Shown: positions 10,162-20,149 of the stretch, in pieces
How the letters are laid out: every line of letters begins with the position of its first letter
How positions within the stretch are numbered: the first letter of the stretch is position 1
Origin: Vicinamibacteria bacterium
GTDB taxonomy: Bacteria > Acidobacteriota > Vicinamibacteria > Marinacidobacterales > Marinacidobacteraceae
Assembly: GCA_963555995.3 (NCBI GenBank)
Contig: OY821641.1
Coordinates: 640,001 to 704,000 of the forward strand
Reading direction: 5' to 3'
DNA length: 64,000 bases
Translations under genes and position numbers: made by a program
Notes under the pieces: generated by a model
What the model was told of the DNA's origin: nothing
The model's input: only the letters and a program-made list of their open reading frames with translations
Databases searched by the model: none

Positions 10162-11004
10162 ATGCCCGGCGTGACGTTCTTTCCGACGCGGGCGCGGGGG
10201 CAGAACTTCCTCCACGACCGGTCGGTCGCCGAGCGCTTCGTGGCCGCGGCAATCGGCGCCGGCAAGCCGGGGACGATCGTGGAGATCGGGCCCGGCAAGG
10301 GCGCGCTGACCTTCCCGCTCCTCACCGCCGGGATCCGGGTGCTGGCGATCGAGGTGGACCCGCGGCTCGCCGGACGGCTGGAGGAGCCCGCCCGGGAGCG
10401 GGGCCTGTCCGAAAACCTCCGGGTGGTGGTCGGGGACGCGCTCCGGTTGGACCTCGCGGCGGCCGTCGCCGACTTCGGGGCCGCGCCGCCGTTGCCGATC
10501 TGCGGCAACCTGCCGTTCTCGGTGGCCTCGCCGCTCCTCCTCCGCCTCATCGAGGGGCACGCGGCCCCCGGCGATCCACCGCTGTTCGACGCCCTCACCC
10601 TGACCCTCCAGAAGGAGGTGGCGGACCGGGTGGTGGCCCGGCGCGGCGAGCGCGACTACAGCGCGCTCGGCGTGGTGGTCCAGCAGGCGCTCCGCGCCGA
10701 GCTCGCCTTCCGGATCCACCCTGGCGCCTTCCGGCCGCGGCCGCGGGTGGTGTCCTCGGTGGTCCGCCTCACCCCGCGTCCGGACCCGCCCGCCGTCGGC
10801 CGGGAGCGCCATTTCCGGGCGCTGGTGCGCGGTCTCTTCGCGCATCGCCGGAAGACGCTGCGGAACTGCGTCAGCCGGCTCCCGGACCAGGAGCTGGCCG
10901 GCCGCGTGGAGGCCGCCCTCGACACCCTGGGAGTGGACCCCGGACTGCGGCCGGAGGAGGTGGCGGTGGAGGAGTTCGCGGCGTTGTCGCGGCTGACGTG
11001 CTGA
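10162..11004 (+). CDS. rsmA: 16S rRNA dimethyladenosine transferase (start may be GTG 10171)
   Basis: GQNFL, EIGPGKGALT, GNLPF, LQKEVADR, F.PRP.V.S, FAHRRKTL. Confidence 0.95.
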   Translation: MPGVTFFPTRARGQNFLHDRSVAERFVAAAIGAGKPGTIVEIGPGKGALTFPLLTAGIRVLAIEVDPRLAGRLEEPARERGLSENLRVVVGDALRLDLAAAVADFGAAPPLPICGNLPFSVASPLLLRLIEGHAAPGDPPLFDALTLTLQKEVADRVVARRGERDYSALGVVVQQALRAELAFRIHPGAFRPRPRVVSSVVRLTPRPDPPAVGRERHFRALVRGLFAHRRKTLRNCVSRLPDQELAGRVEAALDTLGVDPGLRPEEVAVEEFAALSRLTC

Positions 11005-11252
11005 AAGAGTCGGGAGCCGCGTTCTTGCGGCTGGTTGGGGTTGCGCCGGGCGCGGCGCGGAGCGCCGCGGTGCCGGTCTGGAGACCGGCGTTCCAGGCCG
11101 TTGCGCCATCCGGGCTCGCGGTGTCGGGTGGTCCCGCGGACCGGTGTTGCAGGCCGCTGCGCGGCGGCGCGTGTTAGGCTCGCCGCGCGACCGAAAGACC
11201 TGACCGAGAAAGAGTTGCACCGCCAGAAAGACCCGTCCCGAAGGCCCCGATC

Positions 11253-12245
11253 ATGACCGCTGAACCGCGCCGCGTCGTCATCGTCGGCAGCGGCCCCGCG
11301 GGATACACCGCGGCGCTCTACGCCGCTCGCGCCGAACTCCAGCCGCTGCTCCTCGCCGGCTCGGGCATGGACCCCGACATCGGCCTGCCGGGCGGGCAGC
11401 TCATGCTCACCACCGACGTGGAGAACTACCCGGGCTTTCCCGACGGCGTCACCGGCTACGAGATGATGGACCTCTTCCGCCGCCAGGCGGAGCGGTTCGG
11501 CACCGAGGTCCTCCAGGTGGATGCGACCGCGGTGGACCTGTCGTCGCGGCCGTTCGCGGTGACCGCCGCCGGGACCACCTACACCGCGGACTCGGTGATC
11601 GTCGCCACCGGCGCCCGCGCCCGCTGGCTCGGCCTTCCCTCGGAGAAGGAGTTCATGAACCGCGGCGTCTCGGCCTGCGCCACCTGCGACGGGGCGCTCT
11701 ACCGCGGCCGGGAGATGGCCGTGGTCGGCGGCGGCGACACCGCCATGGAGGAGGCGCTCTTCCTCACCCGTTTCGCCACCACCGTCCACGTGATCCACCG
11801 CCGGGACGCGCTCCGCGCCTCGAAGATCATGGCCCAGCGGGCGCTGGACAACCCGAAGATCCGGTTCGTCTGGGACTCGGTCGTCGAAGAGGTGCTCGGG
11901 AACCAGGAAGGGGTCACCGACCTCCGGCTCCGGAACCTGAAGACCGGCGCGGAGTCCCGGCTCCCGGTCGGCGCCCTCTTCATCGCCATCGGCCACGTTC
12001 CGAACACCGAGATCCTTACCGGCGCGCTCGAGCTCGACGGCAACGGCTACGTGGTCGTCACCCCGGGCGCCACCACCACCTCGGTCGAAGGGGTCTTCGC
12101 CTGCGGCGACGTCATGGATCCGACCTACCGGCAGGCGGTGACCGCCGCCGGGACCGGCTGCATGGCGGCGATCGCCTGCGAGCGCTGGCTCGCGGAGCAG
12201 GAGTCCGCCGCTCCTGCCGAAACCGCCCAGGAGGTCTCCGCATGA
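11253..12245 (+). CDS. trxB: Thioredoxin reductase
   Basis: GSGPAGYTAA, CATCDG, GGGDTAMEEA, GVFACGDV. Confidence 0.97.
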   Translation: MTAEPRRVVIVGSGPAGYTAALYAARAELQPLLLAGSGMDPDIGLPGGQLMLTTDVENYPGFPDGVTGYEMMDLFRRQAERFGTEVLQVDATAVDLSSRPFAVTAAGTTYTADSVIVATGARARWLGLPSEKEFMNRGVSACATCDGALYRGREMAVVGGGDTAMEEALFLTRFATTVHVIHRRDALRASKIMAQRALDNPKIRFVWDSVVEEVLGNQEGVTDLRLRNLKTGAESRLPVGALFIAIGHVPNTEILTGALELDGNGYVVVTPGATTTSVEGVFACGDVMDPTYRQAVTAAGTGCMAAIACERWLAEQESAAPAETAQEVSA

Positions 12246-12775
12246 ACCACCGTTCCCTCGCCCTCGTCCTGCCGCTGGCCCTCGTCCTCCCCGCGGCCGC
12301 CCCCGCGGAGGCGCCTCCGCAGTCCGAGCGGCGCGGCGTGGTCAACGAGCCGGCGCCCGACCTCGAACTCCCCGACCTCGACGGCAACCTGGTCTCCCTG
12401 CGGTCGTTCCCCGGGAAGATCGTGGTGTACGACTTCTGGGCGGTCTGGTGCGGCCCCTGCGTGGATTCGCTGCCGTTCCTCCAGGAACTCGAGGACCGCT
12501 ACCGCGACGAGGGGCTCGTGGTCGTCGGGCTGCACGTGGACGACAACGTGCCGTCCGTGGAGGAGGTCCAGGCGTTTCTCGACGAGCACGGCGCGAAGTA
12601 CGTGAACCTGCTCTCCACGGTCGAGGCCGACGAGGCGTTCCGCATCTTCGCGATGCCGACCACCTACATCACCGACCGGGAAGGCGTCGTCCGCCTGCGT
12701 CACATCGGATTCAACCCGAGCCGCACGCCCGAGCGGCTCGAGAACGAAGTCCGGGACCTCCTCGGGCTCGAATAG
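12242..12775 (+). CDS. TlpA/ResA-family thiol-disulfide oxidoreductase
   Basis: Signal peptide, FWAVWCGPC and cis-Pro motif MPTT. Confidence 0.88.
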   Translation: MNHRSLALVLPLALVLPAAAPAEAPPQSERRGVVNEPAPDLELPDLDGNLVSLRSFPGKIVVYDFWAVWCGPCVDSLPFLQELEDRYRDEGLVVVGLHVDDNVPSVEEVQAFLDEHGAKYVNLLSTVEADEAFRIFAMPTTYITDREGVVRLRHIGFNPSRTPERLENEVRDLLGLE

Positions 12776-12817
12776 CCCGCTCCGGATCCCATCCTTTATA
12801 TATAGGGACTCCGAACG

Positions 12818-14116
12818 GTGCCCGGACTGGCGGTCGTCGGGACCCAGTGGGGGGACGAGGGGAAGGGGAAGTTCGTTGACATCCTCTCGCCGCGCTTCCA
12901 CACCGTGGTGCGGTTCGGGGGCGGCCACAACGCGGGACACACGGTGGTCACCGGCGGCCGGGAGTTCATCCTCCACCTCCTGCCTTCCGCGGTGCTCCAC
13001 CCGGGCGTCCGCTCCATCGTCGGCAACGGCTGCGTGGTGGACCCGCTCGCCTTCTTCGAGGAGATGGAGATGCTGGAGGCGGCCGGGCGCGACCCCTCGC
13101 CCGACCTGCTCCTCTCGGACCGGGCCCAGATCATCCTCCCGGTGCACCGGGCGATCGAGGCGCGGGAAGAGGAACGGCTCGGGAAGCACCGGATCGGCAC
13201 CACCCGCCGGGGCATCGGCCCCGCCTACGCGGACAAGGCCGCCCGCCGGGGCCTCCGGCTCGGGGACCTGCGCCATCCCGACTACCGCGACGAGCGGCTC
13301 GCCCACCTGATCGCCGGGCACGGCGAACTGCTCGGCTGGAGCGAGGGCCGGATCGCCGAAGAGGTCGCCGGCACGCGGGAGCTGCTCGACCGCTTCGCGG
13401 CCCGGGTCCTGCCGCTCATCGCGGACACCTCGCTGGTGATCCACACGACGCTCGAAGCGGGGCACGGGGTCCTGTTCGAGGGCGCGCAGGCGACCCTCCT
13501 CGACCTCGATCACGGGACCTATCCCTTCGTCACCTCCTCGACCGCGGTGGCGGCGGGCGCCGCGGTGGGCGCCGGGGTCGGCCCGGGCGCGGTGGGGAGG
13601 GTGCTCGGGGTATCGAAGGCCTACATGACCCGGGTGGGGGAGGGGCCGTTCCCCACCGAGATGGATCCGGAGCAGAACCGCACGATCCAGGAGAAGGGCA
13701 ACGAGTTCGGCGCCACCACCCGCCGGCCGCGGCGCTGCGGCTGGTTCGACAGCGTCGTGCTGCGCTACGCGCGCCGGGTGAATGGGCTCGACGAACTCGC
13801 CATCACCAAGCTGGACGTCCTCGACGGGCTCGACGAGGTGCGCATCGGGGTCCGCTACCGGCTGGACGGGGACCCCGTGGAGGAGTTCCCGGGCGAGTTC
13901 GGGGCGCTCGCGCGCTGCGAGGTCGAGTACCGGACCATGCCCGGCTGGGACCGGCCGACGGCGGGGGCGACGCGGCTGGAGGAGCTCCCGCGGGAGGCGC
14001 GGCGCTACCTCGACACGCTGGAGGAACTCTCGGGGGTCCCGGTCACGCTGGTTTCGACGGGGCCGGACCGGGAGGCGTTCGTGCGGCGCCGGGAGACGGG
14101 AGTTCTGGGCGAATAG
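12818..14116 (+). CDS. purA: Adenylosuccinate synthetase
   Basis: QWGDEGKGK, GGHNAGHT, EGAQ, TYPFVTSS, RRCGWFD, TKLDVL. Confidence 0.98.
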   Translation: MPGLAVVGTQWGDEGKGKFVDILSPRFHTVVRFGGGHNAGHTVVTGGREFILHLLPSAVLHPGVRSIVGNGCVVDPLAFFEEMEMLEAAGRDPSPDLLLSDRAQIILPVHRAIEAREEERLGKHRIGTTRRGIGPAYADKAARRGLRLGDLRHPDYRDERLAHLIAGHGELLGWSEGRIAEEVAGTRELLDRFAARVLPLIADTSLVIHTTLEAGHGVLFEGAQATLLDLDHGTYPFVTSSTAVAAGAAVGAGVGPGAVGRVLGVSKAYMTRVGEGPFPTEMDPEQNRTIQEKGNEFGATTRRPRRCGWFDSVVLRYARRVNGLDELAITKLDVLDGLDEVRIGVRYRLDGDPVEEFPGEFGALARCEVEYRTMPGWDRPTAGATRLEELPREARRYLDTLEELSGVPVTLVSTGPDREAFVRRRETGVLGE

Positions 14117-14320
14117 TCTCGGAGCGCTGGCCTCCGGCCGGCCCGGTCCTCTCGGTGAGGGCTGCGCCGGGACGCGATCCCGGGCCGTCGGCGCAGGTGG
14201 CGAGGCGCTGAGCGAAGCGCCTTCCGGAAGGCGCGCTCCGGTCCGCGCCGGATTCGCTGGTCGCCGCTTGTCAACAACCGCCCGCGTTCGTCTGCCGGCT
14301 CTGAGTTTCCCGGATGACCC

Positions 14321-14400
14321 GTACAAGGAAAGCCCCCGGGGCACCGTGAAGGCGAAGGCCCGGGGGGGGTTATGCACGGGATTCTATCCATTTCGCTTGA
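14321..14400 (-). ncRNA. Candidate small structured RNA with its own -10 box, copy downstream of NYN
   Basis: Minus strand: TAGAAT, then CCCCCGGG-CCTT-CGCC-TTCAC-GGTG-CC-CCCGGGGG, then CTTTCCTT. Direct repeat of 15211-15291. Confidence 0.5.
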
Positions 14401-14569
14401 CAGGTTGTCAAGTGGAGAACCGGGGAACGAACGAAGCGGAGAACGGGGACGAAGATCCCAGCCACCGCAATCTCGAACCAGCGCGGAACTACGGGGGCCG
14501 AGATCCGACCGGACCTCCGGCCTCGATGTCTGGCGGGGTCGGGAACAGAAGACGCGCGGAACCGGGCAA

Positions 14570-15214
14570 TCAGGAATTGCCGACAAACAAGTCGTCGAAC
14601 CAATTCCGCTGGAGCGGGATGGCCTTCACCACACTGTCGAGTTCTGCCGATCGAACCCCCCAAGACCGGACGGGAAACACCTTTTTCCCCATCCCACCAA
14701 CTTCCCGAACCGCCGAGACATAGTCGGCATCCGCCGACAGGAGGTACGCCACGTCATATTCGTCCCGGTAGGCCATGCTCACCAGATCCACGGCGATCCA
14801 GACATCCGCTTGTTTCTCGACGTAGCTCACGAACGATTTGCGGCTCAGTTCCTCGAGTCGCCTACGGAATGCCGCCGGTGTGTCCGGGGGCGCCTGAGCC
14901 AACGTCTGCCTGAGTTCTGCGAGCGCCGGATTCTTGTCAGCCGGTACTGGATTCCGCTGGATTCGTCCCAGGAAGAGCCGCACTCCCTGTCTCTCCAGCC
15001 GATCCAACCGCCGTCGTTGGCGGGCGGCCCGCCCCCGGTCCCCTCGTATCCGTCCGATATAGAAACGAATCTCGGTTAGCGTGCTCCCCTTGAGGAGCTT
15101 CTTCGCGACCTCGGGATAGTCGAGATCGTAGGCATCCACGCCGATTTTCTTGAGACCGTGGTACCAGTTGTTCCCATCAATGAAGAGGACCGAACGCTCG
15201 GAGATCAGATGCAC
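14570..15214 (-). CDS. NYN-domain (LabA/DUF88, PIN-like) ribonuclease
   Basis: FIDGNN, EKQADVWIAVDL, LLSADADY. Start uncertain; GTG 15214 chosen. Confidence 0.88.
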   Translation of the reverse strand: MHLISERSVLFIDGNNWYHGLKKIGVDAYDLDYPEVAKKLLKGSTLTEIRFYIGRIRGDRGRAARQRRRLDRLERQGVRLFLGRIQRNPVPADKNPALAELRQTLAQAPPDTPAAFRRRLEELSRKSFVSYVEKQADVWIAVDLVSMAYRDEYDVAYLLSADADYVSAVREVGGMGKKVFPVRSWGVRSAELDSVVKAIPLQRNWFDDLFVGNS

Positions 15215-15291
15215 AAAAGGAAAGCCCCAAGGGCGCCGTGAAGGCGATGGCCCGGGGAGGGTATGCACGGAATTTTATCCGTTTCGCTTGA
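15211..15291 (-). ncRNA. Candidate small structured RNA or leader upstream of NYN
   Basis: Minus strand: TAAAAT, then CCCCGGG-CCAT-CGCC-TTCAC-GGCG-CCCTTGGGG, then CTTTCCTTTT. Confidence 0.55.
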
Positions 15292-15352
15292 GAGGCCCCA
15301 CCGGGAGGACGGACCCCGTTGCCCTGCTAACATTCCCGCCCTTCTCGCGGTC

Positions 15353-15425
15353 GGGCCGTTAGCTCAGTTGGCAGAGCGCTCGCCTTTTAAGCGAGATGTC
15401 GCAGGTTCGAAACCTGCACGGCCTA
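15353..15425 (+). tRNA. tRNA-Lys(TTT)
   Basis: Anticodon arm CTCGC-CTTTTAA-GCGAG, T-loop GGTTCGAAA, acceptor GGGCCGT/ACGGCCT. Confidence 0.96.
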
Positions 15426-15434
15426 CCCCCTCGG

Positions 15435-15507
15435 GTCCCCATCGTCTAGAGGCCCAGGACGTCGCCCTTTCACGGCGAAAACACGGGTTCGACTCCCGTT
15501 GGGGACG
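15435..15507 (+). tRNA. tRNA-Glu(TTC)
   Basis: Acceptor GTCCCCA/TGGGGAC, anticodon arm TCGCC-CTTTCAC-GGCGA. Confidence 0.96.
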
Positions 15508-15615
15508 CGCGCTCCTCCGGAAGCAGCGCCGGAAGAGCCGTTCCGGGAGCGCTCCCGCGACCGGCTCCCGGCGAGGCGGTTTCCCCGTACCCTTGCGACC
15601 CTTCCCGAAAGCCCC

Positions 15616-18600
15616 GTGACCCTCTTCCGGCCCGCCCGCACCGTCGCCGACATCGCCGACGTCGAGGACGAGACCCGCCGCTTCTGGGAAGAGCGGGACA
15701 TCTTCCGGAAGAGCGTCGCGCGCCGCGCCGGCGGGGAGCCCTGGGTCTGGCACGACGGCCCGCCGACCGCGAACGGGCGTCCCCACAACGGGCACGTCCT
15801 CACCCGCGTCTTCAAGGACGTCTTCCCCCGCTTCCACACCATGCGGGGGCGCCACGCCGAGCGGATCGCGGGCTGGGACACCCACGGCCTGCCGGTGGAG
15901 GTCGAGGTGGAGAAGGAACTCGGCATCCACGGCCGCGCCGGCATCGAGGAGTACGGCGTGGGGCCGTTCGTCGAGAAGTGCATGGCGAGCGTCTTCCGCT
16001 ACATCCGCGACTGGGAGGAGATGACCGCCCGCATCGGGCACTGGGTGGACCTCGACCACGCCTACGTCACCTACCGGCGCTCCTACGTCGAGAGCGTCTG
16101 GTGGGCGCTCGCCGAGCTCCACCGCAAGGGACTCCTCTACCGCGGGGAGAAGGTCGTCTGGTGGTGGGCGCAGGGCGGCACCGCCCTCTCCTCCGCCGAG
16201 GTCGGCCTCGGCTACCGCGAGGTGGACGACCCGGCGGTGTACGTGACCCTGCCGCTGGTGGACGATCCCGGTCTCTCGCTCGTCGTCTGGACCACCACCC
16301 CCTGGACGCTCCCCTCGAACCTCTACGCCGCGGTCCGGCCGGGCACCGACTACGTGGAGGTCGAGGACACGCCCGAAGGCGGCGCAACGCGCCGGCTGGT
16401 GGTCGCCGCCGCGCTCCGGGAGGACCTCGCCGGGCGGCTCGGCCGCGCTCTCCCGGTGCGCCGCACCTTCCCCGGCGAGGAACTCGTCGGCCGCCGCTAC
16501 CGGCCCCCCTTCGACGACTTCTGGAACCGCCACCACGCCCTCGCAGGCCGCCTGCCGGGCGGGGGTTCGGTCTCCGCCTTCTGGCGGGTCCTGGCCGCCG
16601 ACTTCGTGGAGCTCGACCAGGGCACCGGCCTCGTCCACGAGGCCCCCGCCTTCGGCGAGGTGGACCACGACCTGCACCGGAAGACGGTCTCCGCGTACGC
16701 GAACGCCGATGAGATCCCGCTCCCCTGCGCGATCGGCCCGGACGGGCGGTTCACCGCCGAGGTCCCCTGGCTCGAAGGCCAGTGGGTCAAGGAGGCGGAC
16801 AAGGCGATCGTCCGCCGCCTCCGCGAGGAAGGCCGCCTGCTCCACCACGAGACCATCCGCCACGAGTACCCGTTCTGCTGGCGTTCGGACCAGGACCCGC
16901 TGATCCAGTACGCCCGCCCCGCCTGGTTCATCCGCACCACCGCCCGGAAGGACGCGGCGCTCGCCAACAGTGGCGCGGTGAACTGGCTCCCCGAGCACAT
17001 CCGGGAGGGCCGCTTCGGCGACTTCCTCCGCAACAACGTGGACTGGGCGCTCTCCCGCGAGCGGTTCTGGGGCACCCCGCTGAACATCTGGATCAACGAC
17101 GCGACCGGCCGGCTGGAAACGCCCGCCTCGGTGGCCGAGATCGAGGCGAAGAACCCGGACGCCTTCGCCGCCTTCCGGAAGGCGCGCGCGGAACGGCCCG
17201 ACCTCGATCCCGACCTCCTCGTCCACAAGCCCTGGGTGGACGAGGTGACCTGGACGAACCCGGGCGAGCCCGGGGTGTACCGCCGCGTCCCCGAGGTCAT
17301 TGACTGCTGGTTCGACTCGGGGGCGATGCCCTTCGCGCAGTGGGGGTTCCCGCACCAGAACCGCGACCGGTTCCGAAAGGCCTTCCCCGCCGACTACATC
17401 GTCGAGGCGGTGGACCAGACCCGCGGCTGGTTCTACTCGCTGCTGATGATCTCGACGCTGCTCTTCGACGAGGACACCTGCGGCCGCCTCGGCATCGCGG
17501 CCCCGGACGGGCCGCACCCCTACCGGTCGTGCCTGGTGCTCGGCCACGTCACCGACCCCGAGGGCCGGAAGGAGTCCAAGTCGCGCGGCAACTACACCCC
17601 GCCGGAGGAGACGCTCGCGGAGGCCGGCGCCGACGCCTTCCGCTGGTTCTTCCTCGCCGCCGCCGCGCCCTGGGCCAACAAGCGCCATTCGCTCCCGAAC
17701 GTGCGCGCCGCCGCCCGCGAGTTCCCGCTGAAACTCCGGAACGTCGTTTCCTTCTTCACCATCTACGCGGAGATTGACGGCTTCGATCCGCGCCGCGACC
17801 AGGGCCGCCCCGTCCCCGAGCGCCCCGCGCTCGACCGCTGGATCCTCTCCCACCTCGAGGAGACGACCGCCGAGGTCACCGCCGGCCTCGAGGAGATCCG
17901 CGCCTACGACGCGGCCCGCGCGCTCGCCGGCTTCGCCGAGTCGCTCTCCAACTGGTGGCTCCGCCGCAGCCGCCGCCGCTTCTGGGAAGCGGGGCGCGGC
18001 GCGGACAAGCTGGACGCCTACCGGACGCTCTACGACGCGCTGGTCCGCCTCTCGCGGCTCGCCGCGCCCTTCGTCCCCTTCCTCGCCGAGGAGATCCACC
18101 GGAACCTGGTGGCCGGCCCGTTCGGGGACGCGGCGCCCGAGAGCGTCCACCTCACCGATTGGCCCGAGCGCGAGTTCCCCCTCGACGCCGGGCTCAACGG
18201 GGAGATGGCGGCGGTCCGCGAGATCGCCTCGCTCGGCCTCCGGGTGCGGAAGGAGCACGAGATCCGGGTGCGGCAGCCGCTCGCCGCCGCCAGCGTCGCG
18301 GTGGCCGAGGAGGGCCTCCGGGCGCGGCTCGACCGCCATCGGGACCTGATCGCCGACGAGCTGAACGTCCGCGAGGTCCGCTTCCGGGAGGATCCGGAAG
18401 CCGATCTGGAGTTCGTGGTGAAGCCCAACTTCCGGCGTCTCGGTCCCCGGCTCGGCCGCCGGATGCCGGCGGCCCGGAAGGCGATCTTCGCGCTCGACGG
18501 CCGGGCGGCCCGCGACGCGCTCGCCCACGGACCGCTCACGCTCGACCTGCCCGGCGGCGACACTGTGACGATGGAGGCGGACGACCTCGCCGTGGAGTCC

Positions 18601-18942
18601 CGCCCGCGCGCGGGCCGCGCCATCGCCGGGAGCCCCCTCGCCACGGTATCCCTCGACACCGTGCTCACCCCCGAACTCCTCGCCGAGGGCCGCTACCGCG
18701 AGTTGCTGAACCGGGTGCAGAACTTCCGCAAGGACCTCGACCTCCCCTACGTGGCGCGCATCCGCGTGGGACTCGACGGCGACGGCGGCCTGCTTGCGGT
18801 CGCCCGCGAGCGCGAGGCCCACTTCCTGAACGAGACCCTCGCGGTGGAACTCCACGCCGGCGAACTCCCCGGGGCCGAGCGGCGCGAGATCGAGATCGAG
18901 GGCGAACGCGCCGTCCTGTCGCTGGAGGTCGTCACCGGATGA
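15616..18942 (+). CDS. ileS: Isoleucyl-tRNA synthetase, type 2 architecture
   Basis: DGPPTANGRPHNGH, GWDTHGLP, WTTTPWTLPSN, DWALSRERFWG, DQTRGWFY and a type-2 C-terminus (KPNFRRLGPR). Confidence 0.96.
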   Translation: MTLFRPARTVADIADVEDETRRFWEERDIFRKSVARRAGGEPWVWHDGPPTANGRPHNGHVLTRVFKDVFPRFHTMRGRHAERIAGWDTHGLPVEVEVEKELGIHGRAGIEEYGVGPFVEKCMASVFRYIRDWEEMTARIGHWVDLDHAYVTYRRSYVESVWWALAELHRKGLLYRGEKVVWWWAQGGTALSSAEVGLGYREVDDPAVYVTLPLVDDPGLSLVVWTTTPWTLPSNLYAAVRPGTDYVEVEDTPEGGATRRLVVAAALREDLAGRLGRALPVRRTFPGEELVGRRYRPPFDDFWNRHHALAGRLPGGGSVSAFWRVLAADFVELDQGTGLVHEAPAFGEVDHDLHRKTVSAYANADEIPLPCAIGPDGRFTAEVPWLEGQWVKEADKAIVRRLREEGRLLHHETIRHEYPFCWRSDQDPLIQYARPAWFIRTTARKDAALANSGAVNWLPEHIREGRFGDFLRNNVDWALSRERFWGTPLNIWINDATGRLETPASVAEIEAKNPDAFAAFRKARAERPDLDPDLLVHKPWVDEVTWTNPGEPGVYRRVPEVIDCWFDSGAMPFAQWGFPHQNRDRFRKAFPADYIVEAVDQTRGWFYSLLMISTLLFDEDTCGRLGIAAPDGPHPYRSCLVLGHVTDPEGRKESKSRGNYTPPEETLAEAGADAFRWFFLAAAAPWANKRHSLPNVRAAAREFPLKLRNVVSFFTIYAEIDGFDPRRDQGRPVPERPALDRWILSHLEETTAEVTAGLEEIRAYDAARALAGFAESLSNWWLRRSRRRFWEAGRGADKLDAYRTLYDALVRLSRLAAPFVPFLAEEIHRNLVAGPFGDAAPESVHLTDWPEREFPLDAGLNGEMAAVREIASLGLRVRKEHEIRVRQPLAAASVAVAEEGLRARLDRHRDLIADELNVREVRFREDPEADLEFVVKPNFRRLGPRLGRRMPAARKAIFALDGRAARDALAHGPLTLDLPGGDTVTMEADDLAVESRPRAGRAIAGSPLATVSLDTVLTPELLAEGRYRELLNRVQNFRKDLDLPYVARIRVGLDGDGGLLAVAREREAHFLNETLAVELHAGELPGAERREIEIEGERAVLSLEVVTG

Positions 18943-20144
18943 ACTGGGACACCCGCCTTTCCGACGCCGCCGGCCGGGTCGCCGACTTCGACACCGTCAT
19001 CGGGATCCTGAAGCTTGCCGAGCAGCCGGGGATCCTCTCGCTCGCCGGCGGCATGCCCGACCGCGGCGTCTTCCGGCTCGAGGAGACGCGCGACGCGATG
19101 GCGCGGGTCCTCCGCGACCATGCCCCCGAGGCGCTCAACTACTCGCCGAACCCGGGGATCACGGAGCTCCGCGAGTTCCTCGCCGAGCGGATGGCCCGCC
19201 TCGAGGACATCCACTGCAATCCGGAGGAGGTCCTGGTCACGAGCGGTGGGCTCGAAGGCATCCGCCACGCCTTCAACGCGCTGGTGAACCCGGGCGATCC
19301 GGTGCTGGTGGAGGACCCGACGTACATGGTCGCCCTCCAGGTCTGCTGCGAACTCGGCGGGGTTCCCACCGGCATTCCGAGCGACGACGACGGGGTGATC
19401 CCGGAGGCGCTCGACGAGACGGCGGCCGGCCTCGCCCGGAACGGCCGTCCCGCCCGCATCCTCTACGTGGGCCCCAGTTTCCAGAACCCCACCGGCCGCA
19501 CCTGGACGCTCGCCCGCCGCCGCGCGGTCCTCGCGGTCGCCGAGCGCCACGACCTGGCGGTGGTCGAGGACCACGCCTACGGCGAACTCCGCTACGACGG
19601 TGAGCCGCTGCCGTCGCTGAAGTCGCTGGCCCCCGACCGCGTCATCTTCGTCCATACCTTCTCCAAGATCTTCGGCCCGGGGCTCCGCCTCGGCTGGGTG
19701 GCGGCGGACCGGCGCCTCGTCGAGCGCCTCGGCCTGCTGAAGCTCGGCACCGACCAGTGCTCGAGCGCCCTCACCCAGCGCCTCGCGCTCGCCTACGGCC
19801 GGGCCGGCGGGCTGGAGGCGCAGGTGGACCGGGCGCGGGACCTCTACCGGAGGAAGCGCGACGCCATGCTCGCCGCGCTCCGGGACTTCCCGTCGCGGAC
19901 CCCGTGGCTGAAGCCGGAGGGCGGGTTCTTCCTCTGGGCGGAAACGGACTGCGACACGGAGGCGCTGCTGCGGCGGGCCATCGAGCGCCACCGGGTGGCC
20001 TTCGTCGCCGGGAGCTGCTTCTTCGCGGACCCGGGTTCGGCGGCGGGCCGCCGTTCGCTGCGGCTCTCGTTCAGCTACGTGCCCGAAGACCGCATCCCCG
20101 AGGCCATCGGACGGCTCACCGAGGCGGTCCGCGAGACCACCTGA
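18939..20144 (+). CDS. PLP-dependent aminotransferase (LysN/MocR-like class I)
   Basis: SLAGGMP, VEDPTY, FQNPTG, EDHAY, TFSKIFGPGLRLGW. Confidence 0.9.
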   Translation: MNWDTRLSDAAGRVADFDTVIGILKLAEQPGILSLAGGMPDRGVFRLEETRDAMARVLRDHAPEALNYSPNPGITELREFLAERMARLEDIHCNPEEVLVTSGGLEGIRHAFNALVNPGDPVLVEDPTYMVALQVCCELGGVPTGIPSDDDGVIPEALDETAAGLARNGRPARILYVGPSFQNPTGRTWTLARRRAVLAVAERHDLAVVEDHAYGELRYDGEPLPSLKSLAPDRVIFVHTFSKIFGPGLRLGWVAADRRLVERLGLLKLGTDQCSSALTQRLALAYGRAGGLEAQVDRARDLYRRKRDAMLAALRDFPSRTPWLKPEGGFFLWAETDCDTEALLRRAIERHRVAFVAGSCFFADPGSAAGRRSLRLSFSYVPEDRIPEAIGRLTEAVRETT

Positions 20145-20149
20145 GCCCC

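Noticed and set aside
15364-18855. 1163-aa minus-strand ORF and similar long antisense ORFs (3856-5667, 25818-28229, 12125-14377)
   Set aside because: Shadow ORFs opposite well-supported genes in high-GC DNA.
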